Origin: Anaeromyxobacteraceae bacterium
GTDB lineage: Bacteria > Myxococcota > Myxococcia > Myxococcales > Anaeromyxobacteraceae
Assembly (NCBI GenBank): GCA_047602405.1
Contig: JASGHJ010000001.1
Location: forward strand, 320,001 to 384,000
DNA length: 64,000 bases
Reading direction: 5' to 3'
Positions 30,362-40,764 of the stretch are shown here, piece after piece; within the stretch, counting starts at the first letter, position 1; each line of letters begins with the position of its first letter. The translations under genes and the position numbers were made by a program. The notes under the pieces were generated by a model, which was not told where the DNA came from, ran no database searches, and saw only the letters and a program-made list of their open reading frames with translations.

Positions 30362-31360
30362 TCACATCTCCGGCTTCGTCTCCCGCATCATGAGCTGGGT
30401 CACCGCCTCGCGCGGCGGGACGCGCTCGTAGAGCACCCGGTGGACCATGTCGGTGATCGGCATGTCGACCTCGAGCCGCTTCGCGAGCTCGAGGGCGCTC
30501 TTCGCGTTGCGCACGCCCTCGGCGACCTGGCCGAGCTCGGCCTGGATCTGCTCGGCGGTCTTGCCCGCGGCGAGGCCGCGGCCGACGGTCCGGTTGCGGG
30601 ACAGGTCGGAGGAGCAGGTGAGGACGAGGTCGCCGAGGCCGGCGAGCCCGGAGAGGGTGAGCGGGTTCGCGCCCTTGCGGACCGCGAGGCGGGTGATCTC
30701 GGCGAGGCCGCGGGTGATGAGCGCGGCGAGCGCGTTCGCGCCGAAGCCGAAGCCGTCGGAGATGCCGGCGGCGATGGCCACCACGTTCTTCACGCACCCG
30801 CCGATCTCGCACCCGACCACGTCGCCGGAGGTGTAGGGGCGGAAGTACTTCGAGTGGAAGGCGTCCTGCACCTGCTTCGCGACGCGCTCCCAGCGGGCGG
30901 CCACGGTCACCGCGGTGGGCAGCCCCTTCGCGACCTCCTTCGCGAACGAGGGGCCGGAGAGCACGGCGAGGTACGGGTGGAGCGGGACGGGCAGCACGTC
31001 CTCGAGCACCTCGCTCATCGTCATGAGCGTCTCGAGCTCGATGCCCTTCGCGACGCAGACGATCGGCACGCCCGCGTGGACGTGCCGCTTCGCCTCGATG
31101 GCGACCGGCCGGATCGCGTGGGAGGGGACCGCGAGCACCACGAGCTCGGCGCCCTCGAGCGCCTTCGCGACGTCGCCGCTCGCGTGGAGCGTGGGCGGCA
31201 GGGTGGCGCCGGGCAGGTACCGCTCGTTGCGGTGATGCTTCGCGATGTCCTCGAGCACGGCCTGGTCCTTGTCCCAGGCGGTGACGGTGTAGCCCTTCCC
31301 GGCGAGGTTCGAAGCGAGCGCGGTCCCCCAGGACCCGGCGCCGAGCACGGTGCAACGCAT
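30362..31360 (-). CDS. gpsA: NAD(P)H-dependent glycerol-3-phosphate dehydrogenase
   Basis: [45 protein letters not shown]. Confidence 0.95.
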   Translation of the reverse strand: MRCTVLGAGSWGTALASNLAGKGYTVTAWDKDQAVLEDIAKHHRNERYLPGATLPPTLHASGDVAKALEGAELVVLAVPSHAIRPVAIEAKRHVHAGVPIVCVAKGIELETLMTMSEVLEDVLPVPLHPYLAVLSGPSFAKEVAKGLPTAVTVAARWERVAKQVQDAFHSKYFRPYTSGDVVGCEIGGCVKNVVAIAAGISDGFGFGANALAALITRGLAEITRLAVRKGANPLTLSGLAGLGDLVLTCSSDLSRNRTVGRGLAAGKTAEQIQAELGQVAEGVRNAKSALELAKRLEVDMPITDMVHRVLYERVPPREAVTQLMMRETKPEM

Positions 31361-31571
31361 CACGTCCTCCTCGTTGCTGCGGACTGCGAGGCTCGCCGAC
31401 TGCGGAGTCGCTGACTTCCACGTCAAAGGCTCGTTGACCGCATCCTAAGCCCGGTGCCCGTCCGGCGAGCAGCGGAAAGGTGAGACCCGGAGGACCGGCC
31501 GTCCGGGCGAGCGCCCGCCTTCCTCGCGCTGCGTCAAAGGGTGTGCCCTGACCCCCGGGCAGGTGTCCCGG

Positions 31572-31614
31572 CATCACGGTGCGTGATGGATGCGCCGTTC
31601 GTGACACGTATCAC
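31572..31614. promoter_or_regulatory. Two palindromic candidate operator sites upstream of the giant lipoprotein
   Basis: CATCACG-GTG-CGTGATG (31572-31588) and CRP/FNR-like GTGA-N6-TCAC (31601-31614). Confidence 0.35.
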
Positions 31615-31676
31615 CGACCCGGCCGGCCCGAGGACCCGATGCTCCCCCGGTCGTCCGCCTCCGGAGGTCTCGCCCC

Positions 31677-34600
31677 ATGCGCCGTGCCGCTGGTCTCGCC
31701 GTCGCCCTGGCCGTGCTCTCGTCGTCGTGCTCGACCAAGGTCGATCCCACGAACCCGTGGGACGCCGACACCCCCGGCCCGCAGCAGCAGAAGGCCCGCA
31801 TCGAAGGCGTCGTGCGGCTCGGCGGGGCGCCCACGGCGTTCGTGCAGGTGCGCCTGAGGCAGAACGGCGCGCCGGTCGACCAGGCGGTCACGCTCGCCGA
31901 CGGCACCTTCGTGTTCGGCAACCTCCAGCCCGGCACCTACGTCGTCGAGACCGAGCGCACCGGGTACCAGAAGTACGTGTACCCGGTGGCGCTCGCCGCG
32001 GGGCAGTCGGCCTCGCTCGACGCCGACCTCGTGGCGCTCGCGGGCGTGGCGGGCGGGACGCTCGCCGGCAAGGCGCTCCTCCAGGACCAGTCCACCCACG
32101 GCGGCATCCTCGTCGAGGTCCGCGCGCACGGCGGGACGACCGCCACGTACACCGGCATCACCTCCAGCGAGGGCGACTACCAGATCCCGGTGGCGGAGGG
32201 CGCCTACGACCTGAGGTACGTGCGCGAGGACTTCCAGAGCTCGAACCAGGAGAACGTGACGGTGGCCGCGGGGCAGCTCTCGGCGGTCCCGCAGGTGCTG
32301 CTCGCGGTCAACCCGGCGAGCCTGAACGGCACCGTCGTCGGCGAGACGCTCGCCGGCACGCTCGCGCCGCTCGACCTCGCCGACATCACCCTCGAGAACG
32401 CCTTCTCCATCAAGTCGTCGAACGGCAGCTGGGGCTTCAACAACATCGTCCCGGGCAGCTACCTCGTGCGCGCGACCAAGGCCGGCTACGAGGAGGCCTC
32501 GGTCCCGGTCATCGACCTCAAGGGCGGCACGAGCCGCACCCTCGCCGACCCGTTCGTGCTCCGGCTCTCGCGCGGCGGGATCACCGGCACCGTCCAGCTC
32601 GCCGACAGCGCCGACGCCTCGGGCGCGGTGGTCGAGGCGACCGGCACCGGCGTCGCGACCGTCACCGGCGCGTCCGGCGCCTTCACCCTCGCCGGCCTCG
32701 TCGAGGGCACGTACGAGGTCTCGGTCCGCAAGGACGGGTACGCCCCCGCGGTGCGGGCCGGCGTCACGGTCGCCGCGGGCGCCTCCACGAGCGTCGGCAC
32801 GGTGACCCTCGCCCGCCAGGGCGGGGCCATCGACCTCGTGCAGGGCGCGGTCACGAAGGACCGCCTCATCACCGTCCGGCTCAACGCCTCGAGCGCCACC
32901 GGCTACCGCATCAGCCAGGACCCGACCTTCACGGCCGCCGGCCTGGGCGACACCCTCACCTCGCCCGCGAGCCCGCGCCCCTATGGCGGCCCGGGCACGA
33001 CCCACGACTTCACCCTCGACGACCTCGACGGCCGCCACGAGGTGTACGTCGTCTTCTACGACGGCACGACCGCCTCCTCTCCGGCGAGCGCGTCGATCGT
33101 GCTCGACCGCACCGCGCCCCAGGCCCCCTCGGTCGTGATCGAGAGCGGCTCCGGCTACACCCGCAGCACGGTCGTCGGCCTCGCGCTCTCCGCCCAGGAC
33201 CTCCCGCCCGCCCAGAACATCGAGGTCTCCGGCCTCGCCGGCGCGGAGCTCGCCGACAACCCGGCGTTCTCGGGCTCGACCTCGATCTCCTTCGCGACCT
33301 CGACCACCTGGCCCATCGGCACGGGCGACGGCGCGAAGCAGGTCTGGGTGCGCTTCACCGACAAGGCCGGCAACGTCTCCGACCCGGCGAGCGCCAGCAT
33401 CGTGCTCGACACGGTCCCCCCGGGCGCGATCGCGATCGCCCTCTCCGGCGGCGCCACGGCGCCGGCCGGCTACGCCGGCTCCCCGCTCGTCTCCGCCGAC
33501 CTCGACGCGACCGACGCGAACGCCGGCCCGAACGGCCAGAACCTCCAGGTCCGCATCTCGAACAGCTCGGGGCTCGGCGGCGCGACGCTGCAGCCGTTCG
33601 CCTCGTCGGTGCCGTGGTTCGTGACCGCGGGCGACGGCCCGAAGACCGTCTACGTGCAGGTGGTCGACCCGGCGGGCAACGCGAGCGTGGTCGCGAACGG
33701 CACCATCACCCTCGCCGCGACGCCGCCGTCGGGCGGGACCCTCGTCGTGGAGGGCGGCGCGGCCGCCACCTCGCAGGCCACCGTGGGCGTCGCGGTCTCG
33801 GCGACCGGCGCGGCGGAGATGCGCTTCCTCGTCAACGGCGTCGTCGCCGCCGACTGGATGCCCTACGCCGCGACCGCCACCGTCCCGCTCGGCGCGGTCG
33901 CCGACGGCTCGACGATCGCCGTCGCGGTCGCGTTCCGGAACGTGGCCCGGGTCGAGGGCGGCGGCGCCTCCGCCAACCTCCTCGTGGACCGCACCGCCCC
34001 GACCGCGCCGGCGCTGGCCGTGAACGGCGGCGCGGACCACACCCGCTCGACCGCGGTGACGCTGACCCTCTCGGCGGTCGACGCCGGCGCGGGCGCGTCG
34101 GGCCTCTCGAAGGTGCAGCTCTCGAACGACGGCTTCGCGACCTCGACCACCGTGGGCTACGCGACGTCCCTCCCCTGGACGCTCGCCGCTGGCGCCGACG
34201 GCGCGCGCACCGTGTCGGCCCGCTTCCTCGACGGGGCGGGCAACGTCACCGGGACGGTCACCGACGGCATCGTGCTCGACACCACCGCGCCCGCGTCGCC
34301 CGAGCTCACGCTCACCGGCAACCCGGAGGCGCCCCTCGGCTTCACCGGCACGCCGGTGGTCACCGCGGCGCTCTCGGCCACCGACGCGAACGGCGGCGCG
34401 GGCGGCGCCGCCCTCGAGGTGCGCCTGTCGAACGACCTCGGCTTCGCCGCCTCCACCTGGCAGCCCTTCGCGGCGACGACCGCGTGGGTCCTCGCGCCGG
34501 GCGACGGCGCGAAGACCGTGTACGCCCAGTTCCGCGACCCGGCGGGGAACGTGTCCGCCACCGCCTCGGCCGCGATCACCCTCTCCTCCACGGCCCCCTC

Positions 34601-37600
34601 GGCGGGCTCGATCGTCGTGGAGGCCGGCGCGGCCTCCACGAACAAGAGCGCGACGCCGCTCGCCGTCGCGGTCGCGGCCGCGAACGCGAGCCTGATGCGC
34701 TTCTCGGTCAACGGGGTCCCCGTCGCGGCGGGCTGGATCCCCTACGCGACGAGCACCACCCTCGCCGCGTCCTCGCTCCCGGACGAGGCGACGGCGGTCA
34801 TCTCGGTCTCGTTCAGGAACGCGGGCGGCCTCGAGGGCGGCGGCGCCTCGACCTCGATCCTGGTGGACCGCCGGGCTCCCACCTCGCCGGCGGTCGCGGT
34901 GAGCGGCGGCGCGGCCTACGCCGCCGGCACCGCGGTCACCGTGTCGGTCTCCGCGCTCGACGTGCCCGCGGCGGCGGGCGGGGTCGCCTCCGGCCTCGCG
35001 AGCGTGCAACTCTCGAACGACAACTTCGCGACCTCGACCACCTTCCCCATCGCCGACGCGATCGCCTGGACGCTCGCGTCCGGCGCCGACGGCGCCCGCA
35101 CGGTGTACGCCCGGTTCCTCGACCTGGCGGGCAACGTGTCGGCCACGGTCAGCGACGCCATCACCCTCGACACCGCCGCCCCCGCGGCGGGCTCGATCAC
35201 GCTCGCCGGCAACCCCGAGGCGACGGCCGGCAACACCGGCACGCCGGTCGTGACCGCGACGCTCACGACGAGCGACGCGAACGGCGGCGCGGGCAACGCG
35301 AGCCTCGAGGTCCAGCTCTCGAACTCCTCCGGCTTCGCGGGGGCGACCTGGCAGGCCTTCACCTCGCCGATGGCGTGGGTGCTCCTCCCCGGTGACGGCG
35401 CGAAGACCGTCTACGCGCGGTTCCGCGATCCGGCCGGCAACGTGTCGACCTTCGTGCAGGCGGCCATCACCCTCGCCGCGACCGCGCCCACGAGCGGCTC
35501 GATCGTGGTCGAGGGCGGCGCCGCCGCCACGAACAAGAGCGCCACCGCGCTCAACGTGACCGTCGGCGCGACCGGCGCCACCCAGATGCGCCTCTCCGTG
35601 AACGGGACGGCCGGCAGCTGGATCCCCTACGCGGCCTCCACCACCGTCGCCGCCTCCGGCCTCCCCGACGAGACCCCCGCGGCGATCTCGGTCCTCTTCC
35701 GGAACGCCGGCGGCGTCGAGGGCGGCGCGGCGAGCACGAGCATCCTCGTCGACCGCCGGGCGCCGACCTCCGGGACGGTCGTCGTCAACGCGGGCGCGTC
35801 CTACGCCTCCTCCACGGCCGTCACGCTCACGGTCTCGGCGGTCGACGCGCCGCTCGGGACCGGCACCGCCTCCGGCCTCGCGAGCGTGCAGGTCTCGAAC
35901 GACGGGTTCACGACCTCCCAGACCTTCGGGATGGCGAGCACCGTGCCCTGGACGCTCGCGGCGGGCGCCGACGGCGCGCGCACGGTCTCGGTGCGGTTCC
36001 TCGACAAGGCGGGCAACGCGTCGGCGATCGTCGCCGACAGCATCACGCTCGACACCGCCGCGCCCGCCCCGGGCACCATGAGCCTCTCCGGCAACCCCGA
36101 GGCCACGGGGGGCAACACCGGCACGCCCATCGTCTCGGTCGCCTTCTCCGGCCCCACCGACGCGAACGCCGGCGCCGGCGGCACGAACCTCGAGGTCCAG
36201 CTCTCGAACTCGGTCGGCTTCTCCGGCGCGACCTGGCAGCCGTACGCGACCCCGCTCGCGTGGGTGCTCACCCCGGGCGACGGCGCGAAGACCGTCTACG
36301 CCCGCTTCCGCGACCAGGCCGGCCTCCAGTCGACGACCATCCAGGCGAGCATCAACCTCGCCGCGACGCCGCCGTCCTCCGGCACGATCATCCTCGCGGC
36401 CGGCGCCGCCGCGACCTCGGTGGCGACGGTCTCCGCCGCGGTCACCGCCACGAGCGCCACCCAGATGCAGTTCTTCGTGAACGGCGTCCCCGACGGCCGG
36501 GGCTGGATCCCGTACGCCACGTCCACCACCGTCGCGCTCGGCAGCGCGCCCAACGAGGCGACCCGGGTCGTCTCGGTGAGCTTCCGGAACGTCGGCGGCA
36601 TCGAGGGCGGCGGCGCGAGCGCGGCGATCCGGTACGACACCCTCGCCCCGAGCCCGGGCTCCCTCGCCATCACCGGCACGCTCGGCAACGGCTCGACCTC
36701 GGCGCTGCTCACCGCCACCCCGGCGGTGGTGCTCTCCACCGTCCCGTTCAGCGCCAGCACCGACGTCGCCCAGATGGCGGTCGTGCAGGCCTCCACCTCC
36801 GCGACCGCGTGCTCGACGATGTACGCGAGCCCGCAGTGGCAGTCGGCCGCGCTCTCGCTCACGTTCGTGCTCACCGGCACCGACGGCGCGAAGCGCGTGT
36901 GCCTCCTGTTCCGCGACGGCGCCGGGAACTTCGACGTGAACAACGCGGTCGCGGCGAACATCACGCTCGACACGACGCCGCCCACGAACCCCACCTTCGT
37001 GAACGTCAGCTCCACGACGACGAACTCGGCGGTCGCGCCGAAGACCGGCGTCCCCACCATCACCGCCGCCACCGACGCGAACGCCGTCACCTACCAGTGC
37101 ACCGGCGGCGTCTCGCCGAGCTACGGCGCGCAGTGGGCGGACTGCGGCGCGGGCACCACCCTGCCCCGCGCCTGGACGCTGATCGCGAACGCGGAGAACA
37201 CCCTCGGCGTGCGCGCCCGCGACGCGGCCTTCAACTACAGCCCGGGCTCCTTCGCGCGCGTCGTGCACGACGACGTCGCCCCCACCCCGCCGTTCATCGT
37301 GGAGCTCCGCTCCTCGCGCGACTCGGTGACGGTGATCTGGGACGCGACCGCCGACGCCGACGTCGTGAGCTACGTCGTCTACTACGGCAACGCCCCCGGC
37401 GACCTCGGCGGCAGCGGCGCGGCCCAGGGCCCGTCGCCCATCACGGTCGCCGCCGCCGCGGGCCAGGCCTCCGGCAGCTTCACCCTCACCGGCCTCACCC
37501 AGGGCATCCCGTACTACGTCGCGGTCGAGGCGGTGGACGCCGCCGGCAACCGCTCCGGCCCGTCCGGCGAGCGCTCCGCGGTGCCCAACAAGGCGAACCC

Positions 37601-40600
37601 GCGCCTCCTCACCACGGTGGGCGCGACCCCGCGCACCACGGGCTTCCGCGCGACGGCCACGAAGACCTTCGCCTACGTCGGGACCAACCAGGGCATCACG
37701 CAGGTGGACATCACCGACGACGTCTTCCCGGCGGTGGTCGGGCGCGCCTTCCTGCCCGACATGGTGCCGGTCGAGCGCGCGCCGCTCGCCGTGTTCGACT
37801 GCACGAAGGGCGCGGTCGTGGGCCACTGCGTGGTCCCCTCCGGCACCACGCTCGAGGGCGACTACCGCGGCGACCAGGACTTCTACCGCGCGGCGGCGCC
37901 GATCGTGTTCTTCCCGCTGACCGGCACCGCGACCGCGCCGGCGGTGGGCCTCATCGAGTCGATCCTCCCCACCCGCCCGACCCACGTCGTCCCCTACCAG
38001 GCGAACGGGGTCACCTACCTCCTCGCCATCGATCTCAAGGGCGTGCGCGCGTTCACCGTCGACCCGACGAACCCGTCCCTGGTCCGCCAGGTGGGCAGCG
38101 CCACCCACGCCGCGCCGGTCGTGGAGGTGCTCACCGCGGGCCTGAACGGGAGCGAGCTCTACGTGGTCGCCCGGGTGAACCCGCAGTACTTCGGCGGCCC
38201 CACCGACGTGCCCGTCGTGCTCGGGTACGAGTGCGCGGACCTGCCGAGCGACTTCTACCAGCTGTTCAGCCCGCTCTCCCTCGGCTTCGGCGACCGCGTC
38301 GCGGGCAACCCCGAGCCCACCTTCATGGTGGACGGCGGCCTGTTCGCGAACTACGTGGCCGGCGGGCAGAGCCGCCTGTCCTCGTTCGCACCCGGCTCGA
38401 TCAACGGCGCCACGCCGGTGTCCACGCTCGTGCTCTCGACGGCGGGCTCCGACGGCGGCAACCCGGCCGCCGCCGCGGCGGGGTTCAACCAGCTGTACGT
38501 GTGGACCGAGGGCGGCCTCGCCTCGCCCACGCTCTACCAGGTGAACCGCACCGGGCTCACCCTCGCGCTGGGCGGCTCCCGCTCGGTCGGCAACGAGCCG
38601 TACACGGCGCAGGTCGCCCGCACCCACGCGAACGCGACCCGCCTCTTCACGATCGACCCGTACACCTCCGACCCGGCCGTGCGCGCGGTGCAGCGCTGGC
38701 CGGTGAGCGGGGCCACCATCTCGAACGGCGCCACGCTGTTCAACCAGATCCGGCCGGAGTGGTTCGCCTGGGCCGATCACGTGATGTACGTGTCGCAGGC
38801 GGGCTTCATCAACACGGTGGACGTCTCGAACCCCTACCTGCCCAGGATCGGCAACGCCTTCACCCCCGGCCCGGCCATCGGCGGGAGCTTCGGCCGGCTC
38901 GTCACCCACGGCCGCTACCTCTTCGCCGCGTTCTCGCCCACCATCCTCCCGGGCTCCGGCGGCGTCGCGATCTTCCGGATGACCGGCACCGGCGGGCTGC
39001 AGACGAACGGGAACCTCCTCAACCCCTCGCCGATGCGGACGCTGTCCTTCCCGGTCGGCGTGAACGGCAACGACCTCGCCGTGGTCGGCCGGTGGCTCTT
39101 CGCCACCGGGACGGACGGCGACCTCCGCGTCTACAACCTCGCGCCGACCACCACCCTCAACAACCCCACCAACGCCGTCCCGACCCTCGCCACCACGCTC
39201 GTGGGCTCCTACGGCGAGATCGAGGCCCGCCGCGACACGTCGGGCGTGACGAACTACGAGGCGGTGGTCTACGCCACCGTCGGCGACACCGTGGTCACCC
39301 TCGGGTGGGACGGCGCGGCGTTCACGACGCTCAACGCCGGCGTGACCTTCGCCTCCTCGCAGGCCGCGACGTCCCTGTCGCTCGCCGGCAACTACCTCAC
39401 GGTCGGGACGCCCTCGGGGTCGTACCTCATGAGCGTCTCGACCCCGGCGTCGCCCTTCGTGACCGGGGCGGGCGTCTACCCGCTCGCGGGGCCGACCCGG
39501 CTGCAGGCCGGCTACCTCGTCGGCCTCGCGCCCTCCGGCGACCCGAGCGGCCCGAACTTCGCGATCCGCTCGAGCGGCATCGTGGACGGCTCGATCCGCT
39601 TCTCGACGTGCACCGGCGGCGGCGCGCAGTCCATCGCGCACGACAACGGGCTCTACGCCGCGAGCTGCGGGCGGAACGGCATCGCGCTGTTCACGACCGG
39701 CGCGCTCGAGGGCATGCGGCTCTCGAAGACCTACGACATCTCGCCCTCCTGGAGCGCCGGGGCCTCCTTCGCGACCGACGGGATGATCGGGTGGTTCAGC
39801 GGGCCGCAGGTCTGGACCGGCTCCGCGACCGACTACTCGCGCCTGTACCAGGCGAACGAGGAGAACGCCGCGGAGGGCACCGTCTCGACGCCGGTCAACT
39901 TCATGAGCGTCAACGCCGACACGCTGCGCTACGGCTCCTTCATGGCGCAGGGCGACGGCGTGCTCTACGTCGCCACGAACCGCCTGCTCGCGTCGCCCAC
40001 CCTCGACGCGTACGAGTCGACCACCCCGTACACCTTCATCAACCGGGTGACGCTGGCCGGCCTCGACCCGATCTCGGCGATGGTCTCCGACGGCGAGTAC
40101 CTCTACATCGCCCGCAACGGCAACGCCCAGACCCAGGTCTCGGCCGTCGACGTCCGCAACCCGAACGCCATGACGACCCGCGCCACCGCCACCGCGGTCG
40201 CGAACCGGGCGATCTCCATGCTCGCGCTGTCGCGCGACCGGCTCTACGCGCCGCTCTACCAGGGCGCGGCCGCGGTGAACGACATCCTCGTCTACGACGT
40301 CTCGACGGTGCAGTCGGCGGGGACGATCACCGCCGCGACCACCGTCACCCCCGGCTCGGAGGGCAGCATCACCGGGGTGGACGTGGTGGGGAACACCCTC
40401 GTCTACACGATGATGGACGAGATCTACGCCGCCCCCGGCTACTACCTGGGCGTCGGCACCCTGGGCACGAACCGCGACGGCGCCGGCTTCGTCACGAAGC
40501 CGATCCTCACGGTCAACGAGCCGCTCCAGACCCCGGTCATCTCCGGCGACAACCTGTACCTCGCGTCCAACCTCGGGCTGCAGGCCTACGACCTGCGGGG

Positions 40601-40748
40601 CTTCTTCAACTCCGGCGCCAACCTCACCGCGGGCGGCGGGGTCAGCCTCGCGGATCCGCTGCGGGTGAACCAGCCGGTGAAGCTCCACGTCGAGGGGCCG
40701 TTCGCCTACCTCACCGGCGGCACCTACCGCGTCTTCGACCTCCGCTAG
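31677..40748 (+). CDS. Giant (3023 aa) surface lipoprotein: carboxypeptidase-regulatory-like domains, Ig-like repeats, FN3 and LVIVD-like beta-propeller region
   Basis: GGAGG SD; signal ending LSSSC; repeated GxYxVxxxKxGY domains; ~100-aa units ending (L/V)DxxAP; FN3 (VTVIWD..YYVAVEAVDAAGN); C-terminal DVSNP/YLY repeats; strong GC3 bias in this frame. Confidence 0.88.
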   Translation: MRRAAGLAVALAVLSSSCSTKVDPTNPWDADTPGPQQQKARIEGVVRLGGAPTAFVQVRLRQNGAPVDQAVTLADGTFVFGNLQPGTYVVETERTGYQKYVYPVALAAGQSASLDADLVALAGVAGGTLAGKALLQDQSTHGGILVEVRAHGGTTATYTGITSSEGDYQIPVAEGAYDLRYVREDFQSSNQENVTVAAGQLSAVPQVLLAVNPASLNGTVVGETLAGTLAPLDLADITLENAFSIKSSNGSWGFNNIVPGSYLVRATKAGYEEASVPVIDLKGGTSRTLADPFVLRLSRGGITGTVQLADSADASGAVVEATGTGVATVTGASGAFTLAGLVEGTYEVSVRKDGYAPAVRAGVTVAAGASTSVGTVTLARQGGAIDLVQGAVTKDRLITVRLNASSATGYRISQDPTFTAAGLGDTLTSPASPRPYGGPGTTHDFTLDDLDGRHEVYVVFYDGTTASSPASASIVLDRTAPQAPSVVIESGSGYTRSTVVGLALSAQDLPPAQNIEVSGLAGAELADNPAFSGSTSISFATSTTWPIGTGDGAKQVWVRFTDKAGNVSDPASASIVLDTVPPGAIAIALSGGATAPAGYAGSPLVSADLDATDANAGPNGQNLQVRISNSSGLGGATLQPFASSVPWFVTAGDGPKTVYVQVVDPAGNASVVANGTITLAATPPSGGTLVVEGGAAATSQATVGVAVSATGAAEMRFLVNGVVAADWMPYAATATVPLGAVADGSTIAVAVAFRNVARVEGGGASANLLVDRTAPTAPALAVNGGADHTRSTAVTLTLSAVDAGAGASGLSKVQLSNDGFATSTTVGYATSLPWTLAAGADGARTVSARFLDGAGNVTGTVTDGIVLDTTAPASPELTLTGNPEAPLGFTGTPVVTAALSATDANGGAGGAALEVRLSNDLGFAASTWQPFAATTAWVLAPGDGAKTVYAQFRDPAGNVSATASAAITLSSTAPSAGSIVVEAGAASTNKSATPLAVAVAAANASLMRFSVNGVPVAAGWIPYATSTTLAASSLPDEATAVISVSFRNAGGLEGGGASTSILVDRRAPTSPAVAVSGGAAYAAGTAVTVSVSALDVPAAAGGVASGLASVQLSNDNFATSTTFPIADAIAWTLASGADGARTVYARFLDLAGNVSATVSDAITLDTAAPAAGSITLAGNPEATAGNTGTPVVTATLTTSDANGGAGNASLEVQLSNSSGFAGATWQAFTSPMAWVLLPGDGAKTVYARFRDPAGNVSTFVQAAITLAATAPTSGSIVVEGGAAATNKSATALNVTVGATGATQMRLSVNGTAGSWIPYAASTTVAASGLPDETPAAISVLFRNAGGVEGGAASTSILVDRRAPTSGTVVVNAGASYASSTAVTLTVSAVDAPLGTGTASGLASVQVSNDGFTTSQTFGMASTVPWTLAAGADGARTVSVRFLDKAGNASAIVADSITLDTAAPAPGTMSLSGNPEATGGNTGTPIVSVAFSGPTDANAGAGGTNLEVQLSNSVGFSGATWQPYATPLAWVLTPGDGAKTVYARFRDQAGLQSTTIQASINLAATPPSSGTIILAAGAAATSVATVSAAVTATSATQMQFFVNGVPDGRGWIPYATSTTVALGSAPNEATRVVSVSFRNVGGIEGGGASAAIRYDTLAPSPGSLAITGTLGNGSTSALLTATPAVVLSTVPFSASTDVAQMAVVQASTSATACSTMYASPQWQSAALSLTFVLTGTDGAKRVCLLFRDGAGNFDVNNAVAANITLDTTPPTNPTFVNVSSTTTNSAVAPKTGVPTITAATDANAVTYQCTGGVSPSYGAQWADCGAGTTLPRAWTLIANAENTLGVRARDAAFNYSPGSFARVVHDDVAPTPPFIVELRSSRDSVTVIWDATADADVVSYVVYYGNAPGDLGGSGAAQGPSPITVAAAAGQASGSFTLTGLTQGIPYYVAVEAVDAAGNRSGPSGERSAVPNKANPRLLTTVGATPRTTGFRATATKTFAYVGTNQGITQVDITDDVFPAVVGRAFLPDMVPVERAPLAVFDCTKGAVVGHCVVPSGTTLEGDYRGDQDFYRAAAPIVFFPLTGTATAPAVGLIESILPTRPTHVVPYQANGVTYLLAIDLKGVRAFTVDPTNPSLVRQVGSATHAAPVVEVLTAGLNGSELYVVARVNPQYFGGPTDVPVVLGYECADLPSDFYQLFSPLSLGFGDRVAGNPEPTFMVDGGLFANYVAGGQSRLSSFAPGSINGATPVSTLVLSTAGSDGGNPAAAAAGFNQLYVWTEGGLASPTLYQVNRTGLTLALGGSRSVGNEPYTAQVARTHANATRLFTIDPYTSDPAVRAVQRWPVSGATISNGATLFNQIRPEWFAWADHVMYVSQAGFINTVDVSNPYLPRIGNAFTPGPAIGGSFGRLVTHGRYLFAAFSPTILPGSGGVAIFRMTGTGGLQTNGNLLNPSPMRTLSFPVGVNGNDLAVVGRWLFATGTDGDLRVYNLAPTTTLNNPTNAVPTLATTLVGSYGEIEARRDTSGVTNYEAVVYATVGDTVVTLGWDGAAFTTLNAGVTFASSQAATSLSLAGNYLTVGTPSGSYLMSVSTPASPFVTGAGVYPLAGPTRLQAGYLVGLAPSGDPSGPNFAIRSSGIVDGSIRFSTCTGGGAQSIAHDNGLYAASCGRNGIALFTTGALEGMRLSKTYDISPSWSAGASFATDGMIGWFSGPQVWTGSATDYSRLYQANEENAAEGTVSTPVNFMSVNADTLRYGSFMAQGDGVLYVATNRLLASPTLDAYESTTPYTFINRVTLAGLDPISAMVSDGEYLYIARNGNAQTQVSAVDVRNPNAMTTRATATAVANRAISMLALSRDRLYAPLYQGAAAVNDILVYDVSTVQSAGTITAATTVTPGSEGSITGVDVVGNTLVYTMMDEIYAAPGYYLGVGTLGTNRDGAGFVTKPILTVNEPLQTPVISGDNLYLASNLGLQAYDLRGFFNSGANLTAGGGVSLADPLRVNQPVKLHVEGPFAYLTGGTYRVFDLR
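33119..36650 (+). repeat. Four tandem ~0.88 kb super-repeats, each of three Ig-like units
   Basis: Recurring order: DGA(R/K)xV..F.D.AGN unit, GDG(A/P)KTVY..DPAGN unit, FRN...EGGG unit. Confidence 0.8.
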
Positions 40749-40764
40749 GACCGGGACCTCCACC

